Shown here piece by piece: positions 1-8,026 of a stretch of 64,000 nt of DNA. Numbering within the stretch: position 1 is the stretch's first letter; the number at the start of each line of letters is the position of its first letter. The stretch comes from an uncultured Bacillota bacterium (GTDB lineage Bacteria > Sysuimicrobiota > Sysuimicrobiia > Sysuimicrobiales > Segetimicrobiaceae), in NCBI GenBank assembly GCA_963787105.1, contig CAWBBU010000010.1, forward strand, positions 4,017-68,016. The letters are read 5' to 3'. A program made the position numbers and the translations under genes. Below the pieces are notes generated by a model, which saw nothing but the letters and a program-made list of their open reading frames with translations, was not told the DNA's origin and did no database searches.

Positions 1-251
1 GCGGGGATCGCGGGGGTCGATGTGTTCGGGCGCCACGTTGGGGTCTCCTGGTTCACCTTCGGTCGCCCGAAAATATTGTAGTGCCCCGACTCGCCGAGCT
101 CGTTCAGCTGCTCGTCCTGGGCGGTCAACCTCCCCCCCGCCTCGAGCCCGACGACATCCAGCCCCGCCTGGGTGAGCACGTATGCGGCGATTCCCCCTCC
201 TGCGCCCAGGCCGATGATGACGACATCCGTCTGTTTCAGCTGCTCGGTCAT
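1..251 (-). CDS. GMC family FAD-dependent oxidoreductase, N-terminal fragment (continues past window start)
   Basis: Reverse translation from ATG 249-251 gives MTEQLKQTDVVIIGLGAGGGIAAYVLTQAGLDVVGLEAGG..., a GxGxxG FAD fold typical of GMC dehydrogenase large subunits. It starts 2 nt after the stop of the subunit-3 gene. Confidence 0.7.
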   Translation of the reverse strand, partial: MTEQLKQTDVVIIGLGAGGGIAAYVLTQAGLDVVGLEAGGRLTAQDEQLNELGESGHYNIFGRPKVNQETPTWRPNTSTPAIP

Positions 252-253
252 GG

Positions 254-1000
254 CTACATCCCCTTTCGGTCGTTGCCGAAGAACCCCACCTGCGTCACCG
301 ACTTGTGCGCCGACGTGATCGTGACGTCGAGCTTCTGCTCGTCCGCGGTGAAGAGCAGCTTGATGCCGGGGAAGCCGAGCATGTTCCAGCCGACGAAGTT
401 GGCGTTGCCGCCGTAGTAGGGATCGCTGAACATGCCCTCCAGCGTGTGCTGGCGAATCAGGTTGAAGAAGGTCTTGGAGTCCGGCGTGAACCCGGTCGCG
501 GAGTTCGCCTGCATGGCGGTGAGAACGGCGTCCTGCGCGGCTGAGCTCAGGCTGGCAAAGGCCCCGCCGTGGGCGGTCTCCGCGTACGCGTCGAGTGCTT
601 GAAGGCCGGCGCGGTAGGCGTCGGTCAAGTCGCTGCCGGGGTTGTTTACGCCGCGGTAGGTGTTGGCCGGGGTCGTCAGCAGCCGGTCGATATAGCGCCA
701 GACGAGTGCGTCTTTGGCCCCCGGGCCGTTGTCGTCGCTGGGGACCAGCCGCTCGACCACGGCCTCGACCGTCCGGGCCTGATCCGGCGTGAAGAAGATC
801 AGCGGCTCCAAGATGCTCGGCGCCGTGGCGCCATACGCCGCGAGTACGCCGCCGGGCAGCGCGACCAGTACGCCCGCCGCCGCACCCCGCCTGATGAGTT
901 CCCGGCGCGAGCCCCTCCAGTGCGTCACGTTCGCTCCCACGGGCGAGCGAGCACTCAACGCTTCGGACTTCGACTGGGCCGAATCCTCGCGGTTCCTCAC
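254..1000 (-). CDS. gluconate 2-dehydrogenase subunit 3 family protein (Tat-exported small subunit of a GMC dehydrogenase)
   Basis: 248-aa ORF with GTG start preceded by GAGGAGGAG. Twin-arginine signal SRRELIRRGAAAGVLVAL, and the body matches the subunit-3 family (FFTPDQARTVEAVVERLVP, DPYYGGN). Directly upstream of the GMC flavoprotein gene. Confidence 0.75.
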   Translation of the reverse strand: MRNREDSAQSKSEALSARSPVGANVTHWRGSRRELIRRGAAAGVLVALPGGVLAAYGATAPSILEPLIFFTPDQARTVEAVVERLVPSDDNGPGAKDALVWRYIDRLLTTPANTYRGVNNPGSDLTDAYRAGLQALDAYAETAHGGAFASLSSAAQDAVLTAMQANSATGFTPDSKTFFNLIRQHTLEGMFSDPYYGGNANFVGWNMLGFPGIKLLFTADEQKLDVTITSAHKSVTQVGFFGNDRKGM

Positions 1001-1092
1001 GTCTCCTCCTCATCACGGTTCACGGCCGCTTCCGTCACGGCTTACCGTTCATTGGCGATCTTGCGCATACTCGTCGGGGTGCTCCTCAACAC

Positions 1093-1170
1093 TGCCTGAT
1101 CGGAGGCTCGTTGACATCGTCGGAAGCGGCATCACGGGATTGGATTGCCTGAAGCGGCAGCGTGGATCTC
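1093..1170 (-). promoter_or_regulatory. conserved leader element, copy A (candidate structured 5' UTR RNA)
   Basis: RNA sense: GAGAUCCACGCUGCCGCUUCAGGCAAUCCAAUCCCGUGAUGCCGCUUCCGACGAUGUCAACGAGCCUCCGAUCAGGCA. Lies about 95 nt upstream of the 254..1000 start codon. One of five homologous copies. Confidence 0.55.
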
Positions 1171-1315
1171 ACAGCGCGTCGTCCGCACCGTTCGATTAGT
1201 AGGACCCGGCCGCGGTAAGGACGGGGCGGGAATCGGCAGACCACTCGATGTGAGGATCGTCCAGATCACGTCCGATGCCGTGCTGAGAGAGGACCAGTTC
1301 CAACTCCACAACGAT

Positions 1316-1564
1316 CTAATCCAGGGCGGCCGTTATCCGCGCCTGCTCGATCACAATACGCTGCTCCTGCTCGCTCAGTGGGCGATGCCGCACCCGCACC
1401 AGGTCAGCCAGAAGCGCATATTCCTCAGGCGTCCATTCCGTTCCAATCTCGTCCAAGTACGGTTGCACGAGTTCATCCGCCGTCGGCGTCGCGCTTGTCC
1501 CGACGGGCCGGGCAGAACTCCCTGCTTCGGACGTCGACTCGGCCGAATCCTCGCGGTTCCTCAT
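1316..1564 (-). CDS. hypothetical 82-aa protein
   Basis: ATG start preceded by GAGGAGGAG. Acidic, non-repetitive sequence (ELVQPYLDEIGTEWTPEEYALLADL). Shares the leader and the first ~24 codons (MRNREDSA...) with the 254..1000 gene. No family recognised. Confidence 0.5.
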   Translation of the reverse strand: MRNREDSAESTSEAGSSARPVGTSATPTADELVQPYLDEIGTEWTPEEYALLADLVRVRHRPLSEQEQRIVIEQARITAALD

Positions 1565-1656
1565 GTCTCCTCCTCATCACGGCTCACGGCCGTTTCCGTC
1601 ACGGCTCACCAGTCATTGGCGATCGTTCGCGTACTCGTCGGAGCGCTCCTCAACAC

Positions 1657-1735
1657 TGCCTGATTCGAGGGCCCGTTGGCATCGTCCGAAGCGGCATCAC
1701 GGGATTGGATTGCCTCAAGAGGCAGCGTGGATCTC
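1657..1735 (-). promoter_or_regulatory. conserved leader element, copy B
   Basis: GAGAUCCACGCUGCCUCUUGAGGCAAUCCAAUCCCGUGAUGCCGCUUCGGACGAUGCCAACGGGCCCUCGAAUCAGGCA, upstream of the 82-aa ORF. Part of a ~235-bp duplication with copy A. Confidence 0.55.
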
Positions 1736-1924
1736 CGGCTCCACAGGCAGTAACACACCCGGCAGTCTTCGCGTAATCAAGGAGCTGATGTCATCGATGG
1801 CACCCTTGTGGAGATCCCGCGAGCGACACGAATCTTCGTGCCCTGCGACCGCGTGCGTCACGGAGGTCTGACCGACGGGATCAGCACTGGTGTCATCCTC
1901 CACGTGGGCGCGGTCTCCGGCCAG

Positions 1925-1970
1925 CCAAAACGCGACACAGCCGGGCGAGATCATCGCATCTCGCCCGGCT
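1925..1970 (-). terminator. probable intrinsic terminator after the small-peptide genes
   Basis: Perfect 13-bp stem agccgggcgagat / atctcgcccggct (1939-1951 with 1958-1970) and a 6-nt loop. On the minus-strand RNA it is followed by GUGUCGCGUUUUGG. About 55 nt downstream of the 2027 stop. Confidence 0.5.
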
Positions 1971-2026
1971 GTACCCTGTTGCGTGACCGCGCGTCCGCGT
2001 GCGCGGCCGCGAGCTACTCGAACCGG

Positions 2027-2224
2027 TTACCGGCCGTTGCCGTCACCCTGCGCGTTACCGATCTCAACAGCTGGAATCTGGGTAACGCTGCCCATCGCGG
2101 TGCCGATTCCGTTGCCGTTGCTCCGATCGTCCTGAGCCAGCGCGGCTCCGGACGTCATGGCCACGACGGTCCCGACCGTCAATACTGCCAGCACGCCATA
2201 CAGTGCCTTCACTACACACTTCAT
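2027..2224 (-). CDS. small secreted protein (65 aa, signal peptide, Gly/Asn-rich)
   Basis: ATG preceded by GGAGGAG. N-terminal hydrophobic signal MKCVVKALYGVLAVLTVGTVVAMTSGAALA, then a polar G/N/D-rich tail. No family recognised. Confidence 0.55.
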   Translation of the reverse strand: MKCVVKALYGVLAVLTVGTVVAMTSGAALAQDDRSNGNGIGTAMGSVTQIPAVEIGNAQGDGNGR

Positions 2225-2326
2225 TGCGATCTCCTCCTCTGGTGGTTCATCATCATTCTCAGTGACGTGACGAACCCCAAGCTGCGTACCGCGAATACCA
2301 CCCCATCACTGCGCGCGGTCTAGTTC

Positions 2327-2507
2327 TTACTGTGCTCCCCGATCGGGGACCAGCTGCGTTCCCTGCGGGTCGACCCAACTGCAGTTCTGACCGCCAGTCT
2401 GAGTCATCATCGCCTGAGGGACGCTGGTGATCTCGTTGGCGAAAGCCGCGGGACGCGCTTACGATGAGGGCTTCGCCCATCAACACGACCGCGGGAATCT
2501 TACGCAC
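2327..2507 (-). pseudogene. small secreted peptide, apparently split by a 1-nt indel in a TTT run
   Basis: GTG at 2505-2507 sits 10 nt after AAGGAG and gives the signal-like MRKIPAVVLMGEALIVSASRGF. Dropping one T in GGCTTTCGCC continues as ANEITSVPQAMMTQTGGQNCSWVDPQGTQLVPDRGAQ* (stop 2327-2329). The uninterrupted 82-aa ORF 2259..2507 turns Arg-rich and implausible after that point. Confidence 0.35.
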
Positions 2508-2567
2508 GGCGGGTCATCTCCTTTCATCGCAGTTCAGAGGCCGCGAAGTCTCTGTTGTTTTAAGACT

Positions 2568-2645
2568 TGCCTGATCGGAGGCCCGTTGACGTCGTCGGAA
2601 ACGGCATGACGGGATTGGATTGCCTACAGAGGCACCGTGGATCCC
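2568..2645 (-). promoter_or_regulatory. conserved leader element, copy C
   Basis: GGGAUCCACGGUGCCUCUGUAGGCAAUCCAAUCCCGUCAUGCCGUUUCCGACGACGUCAACGGGCCUCCGAUCAGGCA, about 60 nt upstream of the small-peptide start. Confidence 0.55.
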
Positions 2646-2894
2646 CGGTCTCGCGATCGGCTGGATCGGTGATGCACCAGGACTACAACGGCGTGGGCCA
2701 TGGGTCCATTCAATCCGGGCTGCTGAATGCTCGGAGCGGGCGGCAAAGCGCAGTAAGACGCCACTGGGGGTTCATAGCCCCGAGCAACAAATGGCGGCCA
2801 TAACTTCCGGCGGTACCGGGAAACCTAGGAGGTGATGGCGAGGCGGTTGATCACGACCCGTCCCCGCGCGCTGCGTGCCTCCCGAGGGCAGGAC

Positions 2895-5436
2895 TCAGAG
2901 GAGTCCGCGTTGGATTGCGACGACGGCGGCATGCGCGCGATTATCGACCCCCAATTTATTCATCGCCGAGGTCAGGTGCGCTCTTACTGTGCGGTCGGCA
3001 ATCGCGAGGGCGGTGGCAATCTGCTTATTCGGCAGGCCCTCGGCGATGAGGCGCAGGACCGCTTGCTCGCGATCGCTGAGGACCGACGGCGACTCCGCAG
3101 TCCCGGTGGCGGCGGTCCGCGGCCTCATGGGCGTGCGCGGCTTGAGCGCGGCCCGCGCGAGGTTGACCGCATCCTCCGCGGAGAGCGCGTGTCCCTCCGC
3201 GACCGCCGTGTCGTACGCCGAGTCCCCCATTTGGTGGCGTGCGCGGGCAGTGATGCCCTGTTGGGCCGCGCTCCCAAAAGGAAAGGCGCGACCCGCCCAT
3301 TCGCTCCGCGCGTCCGCTGCGGCCAGCAGGCGAACGGCGCGGTCGAAGGCGCCGCGGTACGCACTGACTAACGCGGCGGTGCTCACTGCCAGCCATAGCG
3401 CGCTAGTCTCGGTGACGTCTCGTGGGGACATCAACGCCGCCGCCGCCAGCGCGGCGGCTCCCGCATCATCCCGCCGCTTGAGCTTGATGTGGGCGAGATA
3501 GGCTCGAGATGGTCACCGCCACGCGCTTGGTGCCCACGATATGGCAGAGGTCCAGGCTCTCTGCGAAGGTGGCCTCGGCCCGGTCGAGATCTCCAAGACG
3601 CGTGCGCGCCACCCCCAACTGGACCAGCGTGAGCGCCTGCCACCGTAGATCTTGGCACTCACGGCAGAGGGCGAGGCTCCGTTCCAACAGCACCTCTGCG
3701 CCCCGAGCGTCGTCTTCGTTCGTGGCGAGCATGCCGAGGCGGGTAAGGGCACGAGCCGTCGCGGCCGGGTTACCGACGGCGAGCTCCATCGCGTGCTGCA
3801 AGAGCTTCCGGGCTGTTGGGAAGTCGCCCATCAAACCGACGAAGGTGCCGGCGCCCACCAGCGCTTTCGCGCGGAGCTGCGGCGGGCCGTCCGAGTTGAG
3901 TGCGAGGGCGTGCTCCAGCCACCGGCGTCCCTCACGCAGGTGCCCGCTTGCTAACCAGAAGTCAACGAGGGCACCGGCGAGGCGCAGACTGAGTTCGCCA
4001 TCGCCGCGCTCTCGCGGCCCACCGCAGCACCGTTCGGACGTTCTCATGCTCCTGCTCCATCCGGTGTATCCACGTCTGCTCCTCCGGACCCCACCACTCC
4101 GGGTCCGCGTGCTCCGCCAGAGCGAGGTAATAGGCGGCATGTCGCTGTCTCGTCGTATCCAGCTCACTGCTCGCCGCGAGCTGCTCCAGCGCGTACTCAC
4201 GGATCGTCTCCAGCATCCGGTACCGTCGATCCGCGCCGCCTCCTTCGGTCTGCACCAGGCTCTTCTCCACGAGCGACCCAAGCGTCTGCCAACAGGGGGC
4301 CCCCGGCATTCCGCCGCGGGACGATGGCCTCAGCGGCTTCCAGCGTCCAGCCGCCGGCAAACACCGCCAACTGCCGGAACAGCTCCTGCTCGTCCGCCGT
4401 CCAACAGCGTCATGGCTCCATGCGATCGCGTCGCGGAGGGTATGATGTCGAGGCGGGCACGTCGCGCGCCTCTTCCGTGGAGAGCAGCGCCGGCCCCTGT
4501 AATCGCGCCAACATCGCCAGCGGCGACAAGGCGTTACTGCGGGCTGCAGTCATCTGGATCGCCAAGGGTATCCCGTCGAGCCGGCGAAGCAGCTCGGCAA
4601 CGTGCGACCGCGTCCTCCGGTGTTGGGGCAAAGTCTCGGCTGGACCAATCTGGCCCGTTCCGAGAAACAGCGCCCCTGCCGGTGCCTGGGCGACGGCCTC
4701 GGGCGTGGGCCGCGGGGACGTGGGCACCGCGAGGCCCGCGAGGATAAGCCGATGTTCCAGGCGGAGATTCAACGGTTCGCGGCTCGTGACGAGCACGCGG
4801 AGGTGTGGGCAGATCGTGAGCAACTCGGCGATCCGGGTCGCGGCGGGCAGGACGTGCTCGAAGTTGTCCAGGACCAGCAGGAGGCGGCGGGACCGCAGGT
4901 ACGTGGTTACCTGCTCTCGGGGTGGGTGGGCGGCGGCGATCTCAAGCTCGCAGGGCCTGCGCGATGGTGGTGTCGATGTGCGTGGGGTCCTGGAGCGGCA
5001 CCAGATCGACAAACCGGACTCCATCGGAGAAGGTGCCTTCCATGCTGCGGGCCGCTGCGAGCGCGAGGCGGGTTTTGCCGACGCCGCCCGGCCCTAAGAT
5101 GGTGACGAGGCGTCCCGCATCATCGAGGAGGAGGTGGCGCAGGCTCTCCAGTTCTCGATCACGACCGATCAGGGGTGTCGGATCCAACAGGAGGCTAAAC
5201 GGCAAGGTGCCAGGAGTCCGCGGTGGCGTCCTTCGCAGCGTATCATGGGTCCCTCGACCTGGTTTGGGCATCCATCGCTCCGCAGACGACCGCGTGGGGA
5301 GTGGCGCAGTCTCGGGCACGGTACTTCTAGGGGAACGCGATAAAGGTGGCAGGTTCACTGCGGCGATGCGCCGGGGAGATTCCCCCTGGTCAAATACTAG
5401 CAAGCGACATGATCCCGGACAAGGGTGGTTTTTCAA
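2895..5436 (-). pseudogene. large ATP-dependent LuxR-family regulator (P-loop NTPase + TPR + C-terminal LuxR HTH), at least four frameshifts
   Basis: Consecutive minus-strand ORFs read as one protein. 4942..5436 has the Walker A (ILGPGGVGKTRLA). 4410..5024 has LLLVLDNFEH and RRLDGIPLAI. 3962..4360 and 3466..4281 are TPR-like. 2895..3434 has the LuxR HTH (LSDREQAVLRLIAEGLPNKQIATALAIADRTVRAHL). Confidence 0.7.
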
Positions 5437-5599
5437 GCGACATCATTCCCGGCCGCACCTGACCTTGCGGGATCGTGCCCGCGAGTGCGACCACTGGTAC
5501 AAGCGCCGCCGACAGTGAACTCCCGGCATCGACGGCGGTGCCCCGGAGCAGTTGGCGTGGCCGCGCGAAGCCACAGGAGTTCCGTGCCGAGAGGGGAGA

Positions 5600-5627
5600 T
5601 TGACGGGCACGCTACTCGGGCTACCGT
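5600..5627 (+). promoter_or_regulatory. candidate sigma70-type promoter in front of leader copy D
   Basis: TTGACG (5600-5605), 16-nt spacer, TACCGT (5622-5627). Resembles the three stronger TTGACN-N17-TACNAT sites in this window. The predicted start lies a few nt before copy D. Confidence 0.4.
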
Positions 5628-5637
5628 CATGCGCCGT

Positions 5638-5710
5638 GAGATCCGAGCGGCCTCTGTAGGCAATCGTGCGATGCCGCTTTGGACGATGTCAACGGACCTC
5701 GGATCAGACA
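5638..5710 (+). promoter_or_regulatory. conserved leader element, copy D
   Basis: GAGAUCCGAGCGGCCUCUGUAGGCAAUCGUGCGAUGCCGCUUUGGACGAUGUCAACGGACCUCGGAUCAGACA, 72 nt upstream of the peroxiredoxin-like ORF. It is 5 nt shorter than the other copies in the variable segment. Confidence 0.5.
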
Positions 5711-5781
5711 CTGTGGGCAGTACGATGAGGAAGACGCGTTGAGAACCCGACCGCGACACACGCTCCCTGAGCCCCGGCGCC

Positions 5782-6384
5782 GTGGCACCACCGATTGCAC
5801 TACCTGCGGGGTCTAGCCAGATCTGGGACCTGCAGGACCGCCGCGGACGGGCTGTCGTGGTCGCGTTCTGCCCGTTGGATTGGGAACCCGTCTCACCCCA
5901 CCAGCTGCGGCACTATAACGATGTGCTACCGCACTTGCGCAGCCTTGACGCCGAACTGGTCGCCATCTCAGTGGACAGCGTCTACTGCCACCAGGCGTTC
6001 AGGCGGGAAGTGGGGTTAGGGTTCCGCTTGCTGTCGGACGCGCAACCGCGAGGCGCGGTGGCCCGCTCGTATGGAGTGTACCGCCCCCAACAGGGACAGA
6101 GTGCGCGGGCGCTGTTCGTGATCAATGCCACTGGCGTCATTTCCTGGGGCTACGTGGCGCCGCCGATGGTGGACCCGGGCGTCGACGGGATGCTGACGGC
6201 CTTGGAGCGGTTGGCGCGGCACCGCGAAGGCCACAAAGAGGTCACGGCCCGGAGGGGCGCGATCGAGTGGCCCGAGGCTCGCGCCGCCCGCCAGTTGTCG
6301 ACCGGGCGAGGTCGAGCCTCGCGTGTGTTGGGATGCGGTGGCCACAACGGGGCGCGATCCAAGCACGGCGTTTGGCCGAGCTGA
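5782..6384 (+). CDS. peroxiredoxin-like (AhpC/TSA/Bcp fold) protein
   Basis: VVVAFCPLDWEPVSPHQL...AELVAISVDSVYCHQAF...FRLLSDAQPRGAVARSYGV...RALFVINATGVI follows the Bcp/Prx layout. GTG start with a weak RBS. The basic C-terminal ~45 aa may be spurious. Confidence 0.6.
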   Translation: MAPPIALPAGSSQIWDLQDRRGRAVVVAFCPLDWEPVSPHQLRHYNDVLPHLRSLDAELVAISVDSVYCHQAFRREVGLGFRLLSDAQPRGAVARSYGVYRPQQGQSARALFVINATGVISWGYVAPPMVDPGVDGMLTALERLARHREGHKEVTARRGAIEWPEARAARQLSTGRGRASRVLGCGGHNGARSKHGVWPS

Positions 6385-6395
6385 CGGTGCACCTT

Positions 6396-6473
6396 GGGAT
6401 CCACTCTGCCTCTTTAGGCAATCCGGGCTCGTGATGCCGCTTCGGACGATGTCGAGGGCCTGACGATCAGGCA
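6396..6473 (+). promoter_or_regulatory. conserved leader element, copy E
   Basis: GGGAUCCACUCUGCCUCUUUAGGCAAUCCGGGCUCGUGAUGCCGCUUCGGACGAUGUCGAGGGCCUGACGAUCAGGCA. Begins 12 nt after the Prx-like stop and ends 88 nt before the SPW gene start. Confidence 0.55.
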
Positions 6474-6561
6474 TTCTAACGGTGCACGGAAACGCTCGTC
6501 GGTGAGGGTGGGGCGGAAGGCAACCGGCGGGACGCGCAGGGATGAAAGGAAGTGAGTGTCC

Positions 6562-6924
6562 ATGATCTGGGCGAATGTCGTCAACGCACTGCTTGGCATT
6601 TGGTTCATCATTGCTCCATTTGTCCTAGGAGTGTCATCGTCCGTTGGAGAGGTGTGGACCAGTGTCATCGGCGGAATCATTCTGTTAGTTCTTGCCGGTT
6701 CTGCGGTGTCCAGTGATACGGCCAGACGGCAGGCCTGGATTCAGTACGTGAACGGACTTGTTGGCGTCTGGTTCATCCTGGCGCCGTGGATCCTCTCGAT
6801 GGCCACGAACGCAGGCGTGACGTGGACCTCGGTCATCGGAGGGCTCATCGCGCTCGTGCTTAGTGTGTGGCTTCTCACCGGGGCCATGTCCAGGGCCCCG
6901 GCGACTACCAGTTCTGTGCGCTAA
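6562..6924 (+). CDS. SPW repeat membrane protein
   Basis: Two repeats of a 2-TM unit with APF/APW motifs (LLGIWFIIAPFVLG and LVGVWFILAPWILS). The ATG at 6562 sits 9 nt after AAGGAAG; the track start at 6556 is too close to the SD. GC is visibly lower than in flanking genes. Confidence 0.7.
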   Translation: MIWANVVNALLGIWFIIAPFVLGVSSSVGEVWTSVIGGIILLVLAGSAVSSDTARRQAWIQYVNGLVGVWFILAPWILSMATNAGVTWTSVIGGLIALVLSVWLLTGAMSRAPATTSSVR

Positions 6925-7203
6925 AAGCCGCGGACCCTGGCCGCCTTCCGCCCCGTCAACTGGTCGAGCGCGGTCGAGCCCGACCATGTGTTACACGAAG
7001 ACGTCGGAGGGCCGACCGCAGTGTCGGCCGAGCCCGATCGGTCGTCCACCGCTCGTCGCTTGGCGGCGAACTCGAGGCGCACTCCGAAGACTACACGCAA
7101 GGCCGCTACTGGACGGTAAGCCATGATGGAACCGGCGGATGGCGGCACGCTCGGCACGCGCGTCGGCGCTCTGGTGGGCCGCAGTGGGAGGACTGAGTGA
7201 CGT

Positions 7204-7848
7204 ATGGAACGGCATGCCACACACGCTTCGCCCCTGGCTGTTGCAATCAACGGAAACGGGCGCTCCTCGGTCCGAGCGCGGGCGTCAATCCTGCGGCGCA
7301 CCGGCCTGATGTGGACGCTGACCCTGGCACTGGCAGGCTGGAGCGTCGCAGGAGTTGCGGTCCTCGGTGATGTGCAGGAGCATCATGTCGCGCGCCGCTT
7401 GGCCACTGCGGCCGGGTTGACCGCGCTCTCCGGGCCCGGCATCGACATTGTGCTCACCGACGCCCCCGGGGCGCTCTCATCGAGTGCAGATCCCAGCGCC
7501 GCGTTGGTGCAAGATGCAGACGTGGTATTGCTGAACATGACGTTGTGGTATGGCGGTGCGCGGGCGGTTGCCGTCAACGGAGCACGCATCAGCGCCCAGA
7601 GCACGATTGTGTCGTCTGGTCCGACCCTCCTGATTGACGGACGCCGAATGGTTGGGCCATTTCACGTGACGGCGATTGGCGACCCCGTGGTGCTCCTCGG
7701 AACGGTAGGGGCACGCGGCGGGATTCTTGACGGGCTGCGCCGAGATGGGCTTGGCGTGCGCGTCACCGCGAGTCGGGCCATGGTCGTGCCGGCCGGAACC
7801 GGTGACCAGTGGGACCCCGTCTCCTTACCATCCCCATCGCGCCTATAG
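7204..7848 (+). CDS. DUF881 domain-containing protein
   Basis: N-terminal TM segment followed by GPGIDIVLTD...VQDADVVLLNMTLWYGGARAVAVNGARISAQSTIVSSGPTLLIDGRRMVGPFHVTAIGDP, the DUF881 signature. Confidence 0.65.
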   Translation: MERHATHASPLAVAINGNGRSSVRARASILRRTGLMWTLTLALAGWSVAGVAVLGDVQEHHVARRLATAAGLTALSGPGIDIVLTDAPGALSSSADPSAALVQDADVVLLNMTLWYGGARAVAVNGARISAQSTIVSSGPTLLIDGRRMVGPFHVTAIGDPVVLLGTVGARGGILDGLRRDGLGVRVTASRAMVVPAGTGDQWDPVSLPSPSRL

Positions 7849-8026
7849 CGGGGGCGAATCGATCTTCGGCGAGTGGACGGTCCGGTCCTCACCGCTGCTG
7901 CGGTTGCCAAGCCATGTGCGGCGTCGGGGAGCGCAGTCTGCACTCCGAGGGGTGGATCGCATCAGCCGCAAACAGCGCCGCGTCCTCTCACTCCCGGAGG
8001 ACATCTTCGAACCTGGGCGAGGCGAT

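Noticed and set aside
1093-1170. Possible hammerhead-like core (CUGAUCGGAGG) on the strand opposite to the leader element. I also compared the sense strand with the fluoride and guanidine riboswitches, which share short strings such as UGAUGCC and ACGA/ACGG.
   Set aside because: The CUGAnGA...GAAA hammerhead core is not present. The short shared strings are not in the helices and loops required by the fluoride, mini-ykkC or guanidine-III architectures, and the downstream genes do not fit those regulons.
1715-1954. 79-aa minus-strand ORF with fairly normal composition, lying between the small-peptide genes and leader copy B.
   Set aside because: Its ATG lies inside the loop-proximal part of a 13-bp-stem terminator hairpin. 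Its 3' end runs through leader copy B. It has no RBS.
2567-2803. Peptides translated antisense to the leader copies look conserved (..PDRRLVDIVGSGITGLDCLKRQRGS..). They appear in track ORFs 789..1199, 1378..1776, 2567..2803, 6016..6474 and 5433..5759.
   Set aside because: The copies differ by indels that are not multiples of three (1 nt in copy B, 5 nt in copy D). Most substitutions between copies A and C would be non-synonymous. There are no consistent starts or RBS. The conservation is at nucleotide level.
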